Shown here: piece after piece, positions 37,780 to 49,534 of the stretch
Layout: every line of letters begins with the position of its first letter
How positions within the stretch are numbered: position 1 is the first letter of the stretch
IMG/VR virus record: IMGVR_UViG_3300025413_001239
Strand: one strand, 5' to 3'
Origin: a virus
Lineage: Duplodnaviria; Caudoviricetes
Length of the DNA: 64,000 nt
Notes under the pieces: model-generated
The model's input: the letters and a program-made list of their open reading frames with translations, nothing else
What the model was told of the DNA's origin: nothing
The model's database searches: none
Position numbers and translations under genes: made by a program

Positions 37780-40255
37780 ATGCTTTTACCAGTATATGGC
37801 GGAACGCTAATTAAAAAAGAAAACAAATGGTTTGTTACATTTACACGAACCATAAACACACCAACACTATTTCCAGAAGAGAAAGTTGTTGAAGAAGAAT
37901 TACAAGTATTTCCAGATGAAAAGTACCCTCTGGAATCGCTTGAAGCGAATGTGGATAAAATTGTTGATTTTACGGTAGCTAAGAAGTTTTTGGCTAAAGA
38001 AACTCTTTGGTATGCAAAGATAAACGTAACACCTAAAAAAGAAACTTGGGATGATTTGGTTGCTAAATTTAAGTCTGAGGTCAAATGGTCTTCTGATGTA
38101 AACGTTATGTTTATTGAATGGCTTAAGGAAACATATAAGGTCCCAAAAAAGAAGTAACATGAAGTTATGGCGATTATGGGCAAAGGCCCTTGGAGAGAAA
38201 GCTGGCAGCACAAATGAAGAGGCTGATAGGATAGCTATCATTAGAACAATTATTATTTTAATCTATCTTGGAACAAACATTTGTATTGTTGCTGGGATAA
38301 TAAGACATTGGTGAAATGGAAGAGAAGTTAAAGGCTAAGGAATTAGTTCAAGAGTTTTACAATATTATTAGCGAAGGTATGGAAAGAAATCCACCAGAAG
38401 AACATATGATTTCTCATATACTCGCACCAATGTATTGGGATAAAGCTAAAGAATGTGCTAAAAGAGAACTAGCTAATATCCTTCAAGTGATTGATGAATC
38501 CATACTTTACAAGCAAAAGAAAAGGGATTTCTGGAAAAACGTTGATAATGAAATTGATAAGTTATGATAACAGCAGAACATTGGGTTAACCAACAATTCA
38601 GTAAACAGATTATATCAGAAGATATCTATGCTTCTAAACAAGGTATTATTGAAGCTATGGTAATATTTGCTAAACTTCATGTTGAAGCAGCATTAAAAGA
38701 AGCTATTAAACAACTACCAGTTGATGATAAATTAAATAAGGATATTTTTGTTATGGAAAAAATAATAAATTGCTATCCACTAACAAACATAAAATAAAAA
38801 GTTATGATATATATTTTATTAACATTATACTTGTTGGGTGTGTTTATAACACCTATCATTTATCTAAATATGTCTTTTTCACTTAAGTATACACCGATAA
38901 CCAGCTTTTTCGGTTTGATTATCAGGTCTGTATTTTGGCCATTAGCTATAATTGAACGTATCTTTTTTTATTGAAAATATTAAATTATGAATATTAAAAA
39001 AGTCTTAAAAAGATTAGTTGGTGTTAACATATTAATAAATCTATTTGTTATACTAGTATGTTTGGGTGATACTCAAAACAAATATGGTAAGGTATTCATA
39101 GAGAAATATTCTTGTGTGTTAATTATTTGTTTAAAATCATGTTGTGTTATAGTATTAGCACTTTTATTGATATTTTTAATAGCGTGGTGCTTTGGTATAA
39201 CCGAAGAAAATAACGATGACGACAATAATTTTGATTATTATTATTAAATTATGATAGAAAAATACTAAATCACGAGAGTTTTATTCTCGTTCAATGAACC
39301 CAGTTGGTAAAGATAATATTATTAACCCATTAAATAAATTAAAATGACACCAAAAGAAAAAGCAAGAGAATTATTTGAAAAATATACAGATTATTCTGAC
39401 AGCCAAAAACAATGTGCATTAATTGCAGTTGAGGAAATATTAGGACATATGGGAGCTGATAGAGGTTATAAATTTTGGACTGAAGTTAAACAAGAATTAG
39501 AAAAGCTATGACACCAAAAGAAAAAGCTTGGGAGCTTGTATCTAAATTCGGCCAAATATACGTATGGGATAACAATATGCCTAACGAATTTAATGAAGAG
39601 TTCAGTGGAACAATGCCTAGGCAAATAGCCAAAGAATGCGCTTTAATATGTTGCAATGAAGTATTAGGTCATATGGGTGCTGATAGAGGTTATGCATTTT
39701 GGACCGAAGTAAAACAAGAAATTGATAGCTTATGAAATTAAAAATTAACACGCCATTAATTAATGGTGAATACGTTAAATTACAAAATAGAAAAGAAATT
39801 CAACATTTCTTCTCGGCAATTTCTGATAACGAATTACAAAATTATATTGACACAGCCGTTGATTTAAATAATTTGTATTCAAATTATTATTTTCAATTTT
39901 TTGATTCATTTAATGATTTTCGTTACTATATTTTATTTAAAACGTTTGAGATTAAGAAAAATATTTTACTTAGAGAGTTAATTTCAAACTCTTTAAAAAA
40001 GAAGTATAATCTTGATGATATTACTCCTTATTTTAAGGATGGTATGTTGTTAAATAGTGAGGATGAAAATGATTTTTATGTTATGATTCAAATTTTTAAA
40101 GATACAACATTAGATGATATGTTAAAATATTCTAATCTATGATAACAGACGTTAAGGATATTTTAGAGTTTGCTGAATGGCGGCATAATAACCGATGGTT
40201 CGATTATGACATCGAAGCTAATAAATGGCGACATACCTTTATGTGGGGTAAATGA
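37780..40255 (+). other. Run of small hypothetical genes incl. paralogs 38316, 39344, 39508
   Basis: ORF track plus 39344-39511 and 40139-40255 read by eye. Confidence 0.6.
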
Positions 40256-40257
40256 AC

Positions 40258-41624
40258 TGTTCATTAAAACTTAAAAAATATTAGTAAAAATTAGATAAAA
40301 ATAAATGCGTGTATTTTTGTCTTTTTCATTTTTTCAATATATTTATTATTAAGGGTGTAAATACATCCATCGTTAAATTATGTTAAGAGCAATTAAAATA
40401 AGACTTTACCCAAATAAAACTCAACAAAGTTATATTAATAACTTGATGGGTTGTTATCGTAAAGTATATAATCTATCTCTTAATTATAAGATAAACGAAT
40501 ATAACTTAAATGGTGAAAACGCTAATATGAAAAGTATTGGTAATCAATTTCATAATAATTGGACAAAATCAGATGATTACCAATACCTAAATAATCATAA
40601 CACAAAAGTTTTGAAACAAGCAATTATTAATATGCTTGATTCGTATAAAAGATTTTTTGTTAATGGTAATGGTTATCCTAAATTTAAATCAAAACATGAT
40701 AATAAACAATCATGCAGATTTCCATCAGAAGCAATATCTAAACGTAACGATTATTCATCATATAAACTAACACTTATATCACAATTAAAAGATATTAAAT
40801 TTAGTTGTTCTGAAGAATATTCAAAATACTTAAACAAGCATAAAGATAATATTAGGTCTGCAACATTAACCAAAAATAAATCAGGTGAGTATTATTTAAG
40901 TATCTTAATTGATGGAGATTTATTAAAATCATTAAACACACCAAGTAATCAATTTATTGGTATTGATTTAGGTATAAAGGATTTTATTATAACGTCTAAT
41001 GGGGAAAGATTTGAAAATATTAAGATAAAAAGGGGTAATGAAAAAAAGTTAGCTAGACTACATCGTAAGTTATCTAAAAAACAAAAAGGAAGCAAGAATA
41101 AAGAAAAAGCGAGAATTAAGTTAGCTAAATTTAATCATAAACTAACTAATATTAAAGAAGAATATTTACATAAGATAAGTAATCAATTATTAAACGAAAA
41201 TCAAGTTATTGTAATTGAGGACTTAAATGTGAAGGGTATGATGAAAAATCATAATTTAGCAAAATCAATACAAGAATTAAGTCTTTACAATTTTAAGAGT
41301 AAATTATTGTATAAGAGTAATTGGTATAATAGAACAATAATTGAGATAGATAGATTTTATCCTAGTTCAAAGTTATGTTCATCTTGTGGGTATAAGAATA
41401 TTGATTTAGAACTGAGTGATAGGGAATGGACTTGTCCATCATGTAAAACAAAGCATGATAGAGATTTTAATGCTTCTATTAATATTCTAAATGAGGGGGT
41501 AAGGTTATATAATAATATAATACCCATCCGTTGTGGGGAATTAACGCCTTTGGAGAGTAGTCAACAGACACTCAATGAATTAGGAAATCGGGATTTGCAT
41601 AATATTGTGTAAGTTTCGTTGAAC
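40258..41624 (+). mobile_element. Non-autonomous IS605/IS1341-type element carrying only tnpB
   Basis: TGAAC immediately before the left end and at the right end; excision restores ATG AAC GGT ACT.. ORF coupled to the upstream gene. Confidence 0.65.
40380..41612 (+). CDS. tnpB: TnpB RNA-guided endonuclease (canonical)
   Basis: AIKIRLYPN HTH, GIDLGIKD, VIEDLNVKGM, FYPSSKLCSSCG..CPSC, DRDFNASINI. Confidence 0.95.
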   Translation: MLRAIKIRLYPNKTQQSYINNLMGCYRKVYNLSLNYKINEYNLNGENANMKSIGNQFHNNWTKSDDYQYLNNHNTKVLKQAIINMLDSYKRFFVNGNGYPKFKSKHDNKQSCRFPSEAISKRNDYSSYKLTLISQLKDIKFSCSEEYSKYLNKHKDNIRSATLTKNKSGEYYLSILIDGDLLKSLNTPSNQFIGIDLGIKDFIITSNGERFENIKIKRGNEKKLARLHRKLSKKQKGSKNKEKARIKLAKFNHKLTNIKEEYLHKISNQLLNENQVIVIEDLNVKGMMKNHNLAKSIQELSLYNFKSKLLYKSNWYNRTIIEIDRFYPSSKLCSSCGYKNIDLELSDREWTCPSCKTKHDRDFNASINILNEGVRLYNNIIPIRCGELTPLESSQQTLNELGNRDLHNIV

Positions 41625-41767
41625 GGTACTGCTATGAGTAAAGCTAATTATGAAAAGAATTACATGAAAACAACTGAGGAATTAACTGAATTATTTCTTA
41701 AGGATAGAGAAAAAAATTTGGTGGTTAAAAAAGATTAACGTATATTTGCATTCATAAATAAATACAA

Positions 41768-44188
41768 ATGGAAATAATAGCAGGTAAATGGTATAAGAAT
41801 TCTCAATGGACAAGTTCAAATGACTTATGTAAAGCAACAGGTGTTGTAGGTTCTAATGTAATCCATTTTAATGAAAAAATTACTAATGGTAAGTTTAAAA
41901 AGGAAGATAATTTTTGGTGTTATTTATCAACTTGTGTAGAGGCTGAATATGAAGAGTATGGGAAATATTTACCTGATGGCCACCCAGATAAACGTAAAAC
42001 AAGAAAAATTGAGGATATGCCTGTTGAATTAGTTAATTTTCCATCAGAAGGTTATTGTGAAACAACTGATAAAAGACTTGTTAAGTACTTAATTAGTAGA
42101 CCTGAATCAATGGGTGGTAACCCCCTAAAAAGTGATGCGAAGGGTATCGCTTGGAATCCTACCAGTTATTGGTATGTCGTGGGTGTCTCACTTAAATCGG
42201 TCTACACATTAGAACATTTGGAAAAGTTCTTCACTGAAAAGCCTAAACCTATTAATGAATGGGGTTTAAATACCTATTTAGTAATCGTTAAAGAAGGTTA
42301 TTTAGATTATGGTTATAAACTTACCAATAAACCAAAAACTAAAATTGGTCACGTTGGTAGAATTGATTTTTTTCGTAATGATGAATCTGTTACAGGTGTA
42401 AGTGGTATTGAATGGGTATTTGAGAAGGACTTAGCTAAGTGGTTTGCAACCAAAGAAGAAGCTGAGGCATTTGCTAAAACACTTAATAAAGACTCAATGA
42501 ATAATGAATTTAAAAAGGGTGATTATATTGTTACTCTTAATGTAGGTGTTACAACTACTAGTTGTGGTAAAAATGGCTTTTGTTTTAAACAACGTGAGGA
42601 TGCTAACTATATAGAGCCAGTATGTGATTTAAAAAATAGTGACACTAATAGTCATTGGGGGTTAACATTTGATAAATCTAACCATTTAAAAGATTGGCGA
42701 TATGCAACTAAGGATGAGATTCAAATTTATAATGAGTTAAAAAAGCCTTTTGATGTAACTGCGTTGCCTAATGTTGGTAATTATATTACCGTTACACATA
42801 ATGATAATGAAGATGAAAAAATTATATGCAAGTATAATAGGAAATGGGATGCTTTAAGATGCTATGGTCCTATAATTAGTAATTTCGATTCTATTGGTAA
42901 ATTTACGTTTAACAATGATTTAGGTGTTTGTTTTATCGGTGATGATAGAAAGTATAGACCTTCGACTGATGAGGAGATTGCTTGGCTTGATGCTTGTGTT
43001 AAAAATGGTGGTATTGTTGGTGGTATAGTTGATATTATAGAACTTATTGATTTTAAAACATGCGCTGGTAGAATTGTTAAGGCTAAAAAGGACCGTCCGT
43101 ATTCCATACCAATAAAAATTGGTGAATATGGAACATTAGATGATGAATATGGAATTAAATTATCTAATTATAGCGGTACTTTTGGTTTTGTTGAGGACAC
43201 ATTTTATGAGGATTTTGAGGTAATGCCTAAGGGGTTCACGTTACCAGAACCTAAAGAAGAAATTGAGAAGGAACCTGAATATAAGGTTGTTGAATGTAAA
43301 TCACAAGCTGAATGGGACTTTGTATCTAAGAAGTTAGGTTATACATGGAATGAACCAAGATTTGATTATTGTAATGATAATTGCATTAATATTCAACGAA
43401 AATCTCGTAGTAATCTTGCTTTCTATAAAAAAGAAAATAGCTTAATATACTCATTCGATGAATGGTGTAAAAAGTTTAATCATACTTTTGATAAATTTGA
43501 TGGTATTGAGTATGTGGAACTAGATATAGATTTTTGTGGTTATAAAGAAGGTGATATAGCTAAAGTAATTAATACGGATGGTTCTGTATTTGAAATATTT
43601 GCACCAAATAGGAAATCGCAGTCAAGTTTTACTCCAAATGTATTTGCTAGTAGAACTTACTTAAATCCATCAACCAAAGAGGCGTATGATAAGCAACATG
43701 CTACGGTAACACTTGATACATCAGGTAGTATGGTTGGTCTTTATAAAGAAACACCTAAAACAGTTGATTTTAAGGTTGGTGATTGGGTTGTATTTGAAGT
43801 TGATAAATGCTTTGGTGATTTAAGTTATTGCAAGACTGTTGCTTGGGATAGAGATATGGTCCTTCAAATTGAAGGATTTGAAACTCGTGGTGGTAACCCC
43901 AAATTTACAGCTAAACAAATGCAAAATCGTTATCCTCACCATAATTGGGGAAGTTTTGATGGTGTAAATTCCTATGACATAGGCAATACTGTAAGTCTTT
44001 TCAGACACGCTTATTCTTGGGAAATTCCAAGTGAAACAACAAAAGATACAACTTATGAACTTAAACCAATTAGCACAGTTAAGACTTATCAATTGTTTAT
44101 TGAGAAAACACAAGCTAAGCCAGTTGTTGCTGATAAGCCAATTAATTTAATTAAAACAAGAAAGTTACAAATAAATTTGGTGGATTAA
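41768..44188 (+). CDS. 806-aa modular phage protein of concatenated small domains
   Basis: Recurrent WRYATKDEI / YRPSTDEEI / KGDYIV / KVGDWVV modules. Confidence 0.65.
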   Translation: MEIIAGKWYKNSQWTSSNDLCKATGVVGSNVIHFNEKITNGKFKKEDNFWCYLSTCVEAEYEEYGKYLPDGHPDKRKTRKIEDMPVELVNFPSEGYCETTDKRLVKYLISRPESMGGNPLKSDAKGIAWNPTSYWYVVGVSLKSVYTLEHLEKFFTEKPKPINEWGLNTYLVIVKEGYLDYGYKLTNKPKTKIGHVGRIDFFRNDESVTGVSGIEWVFEKDLAKWFATKEEAEAFAKTLNKDSMNNEFKKGDYIVTLNVGVTTTSCGKNGFCFKQREDANYIEPVCDLKNSDTNSHWGLTFDKSNHLKDWRYATKDEIQIYNELKKPFDVTALPNVGNYITVTHNDNEDEKIICKYNRKWDALRCYGPIISNFDSIGKFTFNNDLGVCFIGDDRKYRPSTDEEIAWLDACVKNGGIVGGIVDIIELIDFKTCAGRIVKAKKDRPYSIPIKIGEYGTLDDEYGIKLSNYSGTFGFVEDTFYEDFEVMPKGFTLPEPKEEIEKEPEYKVVECKSQAEWDFVSKKLGYTWNEPRFDYCNDNCINIQRKSRSNLAFYKKENSLIYSFDEWCKKFNHTFDKFDGIEYVELDIDFCGYKEGDIAKVINTDGSVFEIFAPNRKSQSSFTPNVFASRTYLNPSTKEAYDKQHATVTLDTSGSMVGLYKETPKTVDFKVGDWVVFEVDKCFGDLSYCKTVAWDRDMVLQIEGFETRGGNPKFTAKQMQNRYPHHNWGSFDGVNSYDIGNTVSLFRHAYSWEIPSETTKDTTYELKPISTVKTYQLFIEKTQAKPVVADKPINLIKTRKLQINLVD

Positions 44189-44219
44189 TAAACATCACAT
44201 ATATTTGCATCATAAATAA

Positions 44220-45728
44220 ATGGTTATGGTTGATTACAAAATTAAAGGAACGAAAATACCCAAATTAAGCGGTGTCGATGTTAGATTATCTCATTGGGGT
44301 GAATCATCAACAAATACTCGAAATCATGAATCATCATCATCTCTTGTTTCATACGGTTCAAAAGTTTTTAATGGTGAAGTATGGATAATTTGCGATTTAC
44401 CAAAAAGCACTGATAGTTACCATTATATGTTTAAATTGGTAGATATTGAAAAGCTGCTGCGGAATCAAGTAATAGTCCTGAATCAACCGTTTCCCAACCA
44501 CAAAATGGTGATGGTCCAATCAAATTAATTAAAACAAAAGTTCTTAAAATAAATTTGGTAGATTAAAAAATATCACGTATATTTGCATCATAATAACAAG
44601 GATAATTTTTAAACAAAAAAAACAAGTAAAATGGCAGACGCTAAAAGTAAAAAAGTAACCGTTAAGGGTGAAGTAAGTGAAGAAGTAGTTAAAGTGAATC
44701 CTTTCTTGGAGTCAGCGTTGGAAAACGTGAACAAGACTGAGGCAGATGTTTTGACCGAAAAAGTCACATTGTTCTTGGAAGAAGCGGCAATCGAAACCGA
44801 AATGCAAATTGCTGAGCGTACCACTGGTGCTATCCCAAGAAAGGAATTGGAGTTAAGAACCGCTACTCGCAACCTTGATAAGGCTGAGGTGGCTCTTGAA
44901 AAAGCTAAAGTTGCTGTTCCAAGCAACAGTAAATTGGAAACGTATTTGTCAAATTTGTATTCGGCTGAAAATGCTGTAAGACATGCAAAGGTAACCGTTG
45001 AGGCTATCGAAGGTCAAATCACTGACTTGAATAAAGAAGTGGTTAAGCTTGAAGAAATCCTTGCACGTTTCAAAGCGTAATTTTAGTCTAAGATGAAAAA
45101 CCCCAACAAAATAAATTGTTGGGGTTTTTGTTTTTATCAGAATTTATCTGTATATTTGCAATAAAATAACTTATATGAAAGTATTATTAACAACTTTATT
45201 ATTAACATTAGCTTCTTGTGCTTGTACAATAAAAAAACCAGCACCAGTTGAATTTGAAAAAAAGACTTTCATTGCAGATTCCGTGGTGTATCACGACTTA
45301 CAAACGGACAACATTGCTCAGGTGGACCCTTACACTCGAGTTCACTTAAAAGGAACCGATGTTTGGTTACAAATAAATGGTTTTGTTTGTGAAGGGCAAG
45401 AAGTTCAAGTTTTTGTCGCTAAAAAATAAACACTATGAGTTTTATACTTTTTGAATCATTTAGTGGTGTTGAACATAAGATTAATACCAATCAGATTACA
45501 CACCTTAAGATTCATCCTAATGAAGATAAGTGCATATTAACAGGTGTTAATCATCAGGATGCTAGAACGTTACCTAATTTTGAAATACGCTTAGCGTGTG
45601 GCAAAGTCATAGATAGAAATACACTAATCGGAGCCGCATCACCTAGCTTCATAAGGTTACAAGAATCTCAATACAGAACTGTAAGATTTGAAATTGAGGA
45701 ATTAATAAGAAAATTAAAAGACTTATAA
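44220..45728 (+). other. Hypothetical genes 44220, 44631 (coiled coil), 45175, 45435
   Basis: ORF track; terminator at 45096-45129. Confidence 0.6.
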
Positions 45729-45730
45729 GT

Positions 45731-46168
45731 ATGTCAATAACAACAGCATTTAAGAATGCTTTTATAAAAGCCAAACAACGAAATTGGCCTGAGATTTATA
45801 TCGGTGTGGACATTCATGATACCATGATTAAATCCAATTATAAGCATGGTGAAATACCAACTGAGTTTTACCCTTACGCTATCGAATGCTTACAAGCACT
45901 CTCAAAACGTAAAGACATCAAGCTTATGCTTTATACATGCAGCCACCAACATGAGATTGAACAATACATGGAACTCTTTAAATCCCATGATATACACTTC
46001 AATTTTGTTAACGAAAACACCGATGTTAAAACAGACTTGGGTGGTTATGGCAACTACGATAAAAAACCCTATTTTAACGTTCTACTGGATGATAAAAGCG
46101 GTTTCGATGGTGAACGAGATTGGCTGGACATTAAGATACTCTTAGATATTATTAACCCATTAACATAA
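45731..46168 (+). CDS. HAD-superfamily hydrolase-like protein
   Basis: IYIGVDIHDT, LYTCS, VNEN, KPYFNVLLDDK. Confidence 0.7.
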   Translation: MSITTAFKNAFIKAKQRNWPEIYIGVDIHDTMIKSNYKHGEIPTEFYPYAIECLQALSKRKDIKLMLYTCSHQHEIEQYMELFKSHDIHFNFVNENTDVKTDLGGYGNYDKKPYFNVLLDDKSGFDGERDWLDIKILLDIINPLT

Positions 46169-46208
46169 TCCAATGTACAAATCAAGATAAAATTAACGAA
46201 TTTTACTT

Positions 46209-47060
46209 ATGAATCAAAGAAACGATAAAGGCTTAAGAGAAGGTTATTGGGAAGTTTATTATCCAAATGGCAAATTGGGATGGTTTGGCACATATAAAAA
46301 TGGTATTTTTATTGGGTATTATGAAGATTACAACAAAGATGGAATCATGATTAATAAAGATTTTTTCTTATGAGTAATATAGTTTATAAAGAATACTTCC
46401 ATGAGAATGGTAAGATTTGGCAACGTGGTTATAAGAAAGAACATAGAAGAATAGGTCACTGGGAATGTTTTTACAATAATGGCAACTTGAAATGGTTTGC
46501 CACATTTGATAAGAATCACAATTTAGTTGGATATAGTGAAGATTACGATGAGGATGGTAAATTATGACTTAAAGAATTTTACTTATGAATCAATATAACT
46601 TAAACAGAAAAAGACATGGTCCATGGGAACAATACTACGAGAATGGTCAACTCTGGTATAAAGGTGAATTCATTGACGGAAAAAGACATGGTCCATGGGA
46701 ACGTCACATAAATGATGGTAATTTATTGGCTAAAGGTGAATATATTAATGATAATTACATCGGATTCTGGATATGGCATAATATTACAAATCAAGATAAA
46801 ATTAATGAATTTTACTTATGAATAAACTTAATGAAAACGGTGAAAGACATGGACTTTGGGAAAAATACCATACAAATGGTAAACATCATTATAAGGGCGA
46901 ATATATAAACGGTAAAAGAAACGGACTTTGGACATTTTATTGGTGGAATAATACCCCAAGTTATACTGGCTTCTTTAAAGATAATGCATTTATTGGTTAT
47001 TTTGTATTTCATTATAATTTTGCTGGTTTATTAATAAACTCTAAGAGTTTTTATCTTTAA
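46209..47060 (+). repeat. MORN/YwqK-like mini-gene block 1 (46209-46373, 46370-46567, 46585-46821, 46818-47060)
   Basis: Each MN..G.W/HG.WE..NG..F(Y/F)L; ATGA overlaps. Confidence 0.85.
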
Positions 47061-47107
47061 CATTTGTTAGTTTCAATTTATTAACGTATATTTGCAAAAA
47101 AAACACA

Positions 47108-47916
47108 ATGACAAAAGTACCTAAAGCGTATATTAACGCAAATTACACATTGGCAGTAAAGCCAACTGAAGAACAACTATTGGAATATTATAAGGATTTC
47201 GGCCACGATACTATAGAAAGTATCCTAGAAGAACAAGGTTCTTGGGAAGAAGTAATCCGTCAATGGTTCGTTAACACAATCTTCAATCAAGACTATAAAG
47301 ACTATCAAACAGCCAATAATATCTTCCAATATGAAGATGATGGTGAATCAATTGAAGTTGATATAGTTGATGATGATAAATGGGTAAGTGATGAAGATTA
47401 TATTTACTAAAAATTAAGTCATGGAAAAAATATATCATTTAAGAATACTCGATGGAAGCAGTCGAGGTTATACAATCTCTGTTACCAGTGACAGAGTGGA
47501 TAGTTATCAAGCTAATTACCATTTCTATAATATAGTTGATGGGTATAAAGTTGATGTGGCCTTTTATCCAAGTGGTCGTACAATAATTGAAAGAATTGAA
47601 GATGGAGAATAAAGAACTTTGTGGTTCGTGTGGTGTAAAAATGGCTCAATGGTGCTACCTATCAGGTTATGGGAACGGTGAAAGCCCTTACTCTTGTGAT
47701 GATTGTGTTACATCAGTAGACTACGATGGTTGTTCATGTAACTGGCACTACTTACAATACGAACAACCAGAAGGTATAGAAGGTAAAGACTTTAGATTCA
47801 TACTTAGTGAGGGTATAACAAAAGAAGATGGAATCTGGATTCGTTTAGATGAACAAGGAAGACCCTACCCTTGTGCTGAATACTGCTTCGATGAAGAAGG
47901 CTTCGATAAAGATTAA
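47108..47916 (+). other. Three hypothetical genes with own promoter (47108, 47421, 47587 Cys-rich)
   Basis: ORF track. Confidence 0.6.
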
Positions 47917-47920
47917 AAAT

Positions 47921-48692
47921 ATGAATCAGTATAACTCCGAGGGGCAACAACATGGTTATTGGGAATATTACTCATATGTTAAACTATCATCCAAAGTTGA
48001 ATACGTTAATGGTAAAATTCATGGTTTATTTGAGCGGTATTTCAGTAATGGTCAATTACATATTAAGGGAGACGTGTTTAATGATATACGAATTGGCTTC
48101 TGGAAACAATATAACTGTAATGGTGGGTTAGAAGTAACTGAATTTATACTATGAATCAACTTAATAAAAACGGCGTTAAGCATGGGCCTTGGATTGAATA
48201 CTGGGTTAACGGTGTAATGGATTATTCATGCGAATTTATAAATGGTCGTAAGCATGGTTTATATATCGGTAATCATCCTAATGGTAATCTACAATCTAAA
48301 ATTATGTATGATATGGGCCACAGAGATGGAAAACAAGAAACATTTTACGAAAATGGTAAACTAGGACATTCTGGAAATTTTAAACGTGGTAAACGATTCG
48401 GTTATCATATCATAAATAATGAAGATGGTAGTTTATTCATTAATTATTTTTACTTATGAATAAAAGAAATGAAAATTGTGAACCTCATGGACCTTGGGAA
48501 AAATACTACGAGGACAATATATTGAAAGCTAAAGGCTTATATGTAAATGGTAAAGCTCATGGTCAATGGGAATTTTATTGGGGTAATGGTAACTTTCAAT
48601 GGCAAGGCACTTATAAAATGAGTGAATTAGTAGGCTTCTGGATAGGGTATACTTATGAAGGTGATTTGGCTTCAAAAGAATTTTTTTTATGA
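47921..48692 (+). repeat. MORN/YwqK-like mini-gene block 2 (47921-48154, 48151-48459, 48456-48692)
   Basis: Same motifs and overlaps. Confidence 0.85.
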
Positions 48693-48771
48693 ATCAAATT
48701 TGCTTATATCAAATACCTTTCGTATATTTGCTGCCTATACTCTAGTATAGGCATTTTTAATTTAACATATT

Positions 48772-49469
48772 ATGAAAATAACAAAATTACTATTTGAAAA
48801 AAATTATAATGGTGAATACACTTGGTTGCCATTAGCAGATATACCAAAGGAGTTCTTGGTGCCTGAAAACATGATAATGGTTCATATTGAACATGGCTAC
48901 CATGATAGTAATGGTTGGAATGAAGGTCATACAAGAATTCAAATCGCTGAGGAAAGAGAGATGAATGAAAAGGAAAGAGAAGAACTGAGAACGTTTATCG
49001 CACAAAAAAAAGCTGAACGTAAAAAAGAAAGGTACGAACAGTATTTAGAACTTAAAAAATAAATAAAATGGAAAAAGAATTTATCCCTTACGAAGAAGCA
49101 TTAGCATTAAAAGAATTAGGTTTTGATGAACCTTGTTTTGGGTTTTTTAAAACTAATAAAGAATTTGAACAATACCATACCTTTTATAAAGGTAAATTCT
49201 TTGGATGTACAAATAAAATATTATCTAGAATGTTAGATGGTGAAAACGTCAATTCTAAAGTTTTATCACCAACATTCTCACAAGCATTCAGATGGTTTAG
49301 AGATAACCATAATTTACATGGTCAAGTAAATATTCGTACTTGGTTTATATATGAAACGTCTAATGGTAATTTAACCATGGTAGATTTATATGATAAGCTC
49401 AATAACTCTCACGAAGAATCCGAACTGGTATGTCTTAAAGGATTAATTCAAATAGTAAAAAATAAATAA
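48772..49469 (+). other. Two hypothetical genes (48772, 49068)
   Basis: 49068 has the ALALKELGFDEPC..PTFSQAFRWFR pattern typical of Bacteroidota phage proteins. Confidence 0.6.
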
Positions 49470-49534
49470 TGTTTGGAATAATAAACTAACTGGTAGCGAT
49501 AAAACATGGTGGAAAATAGTTAAACAGGCAAAAG

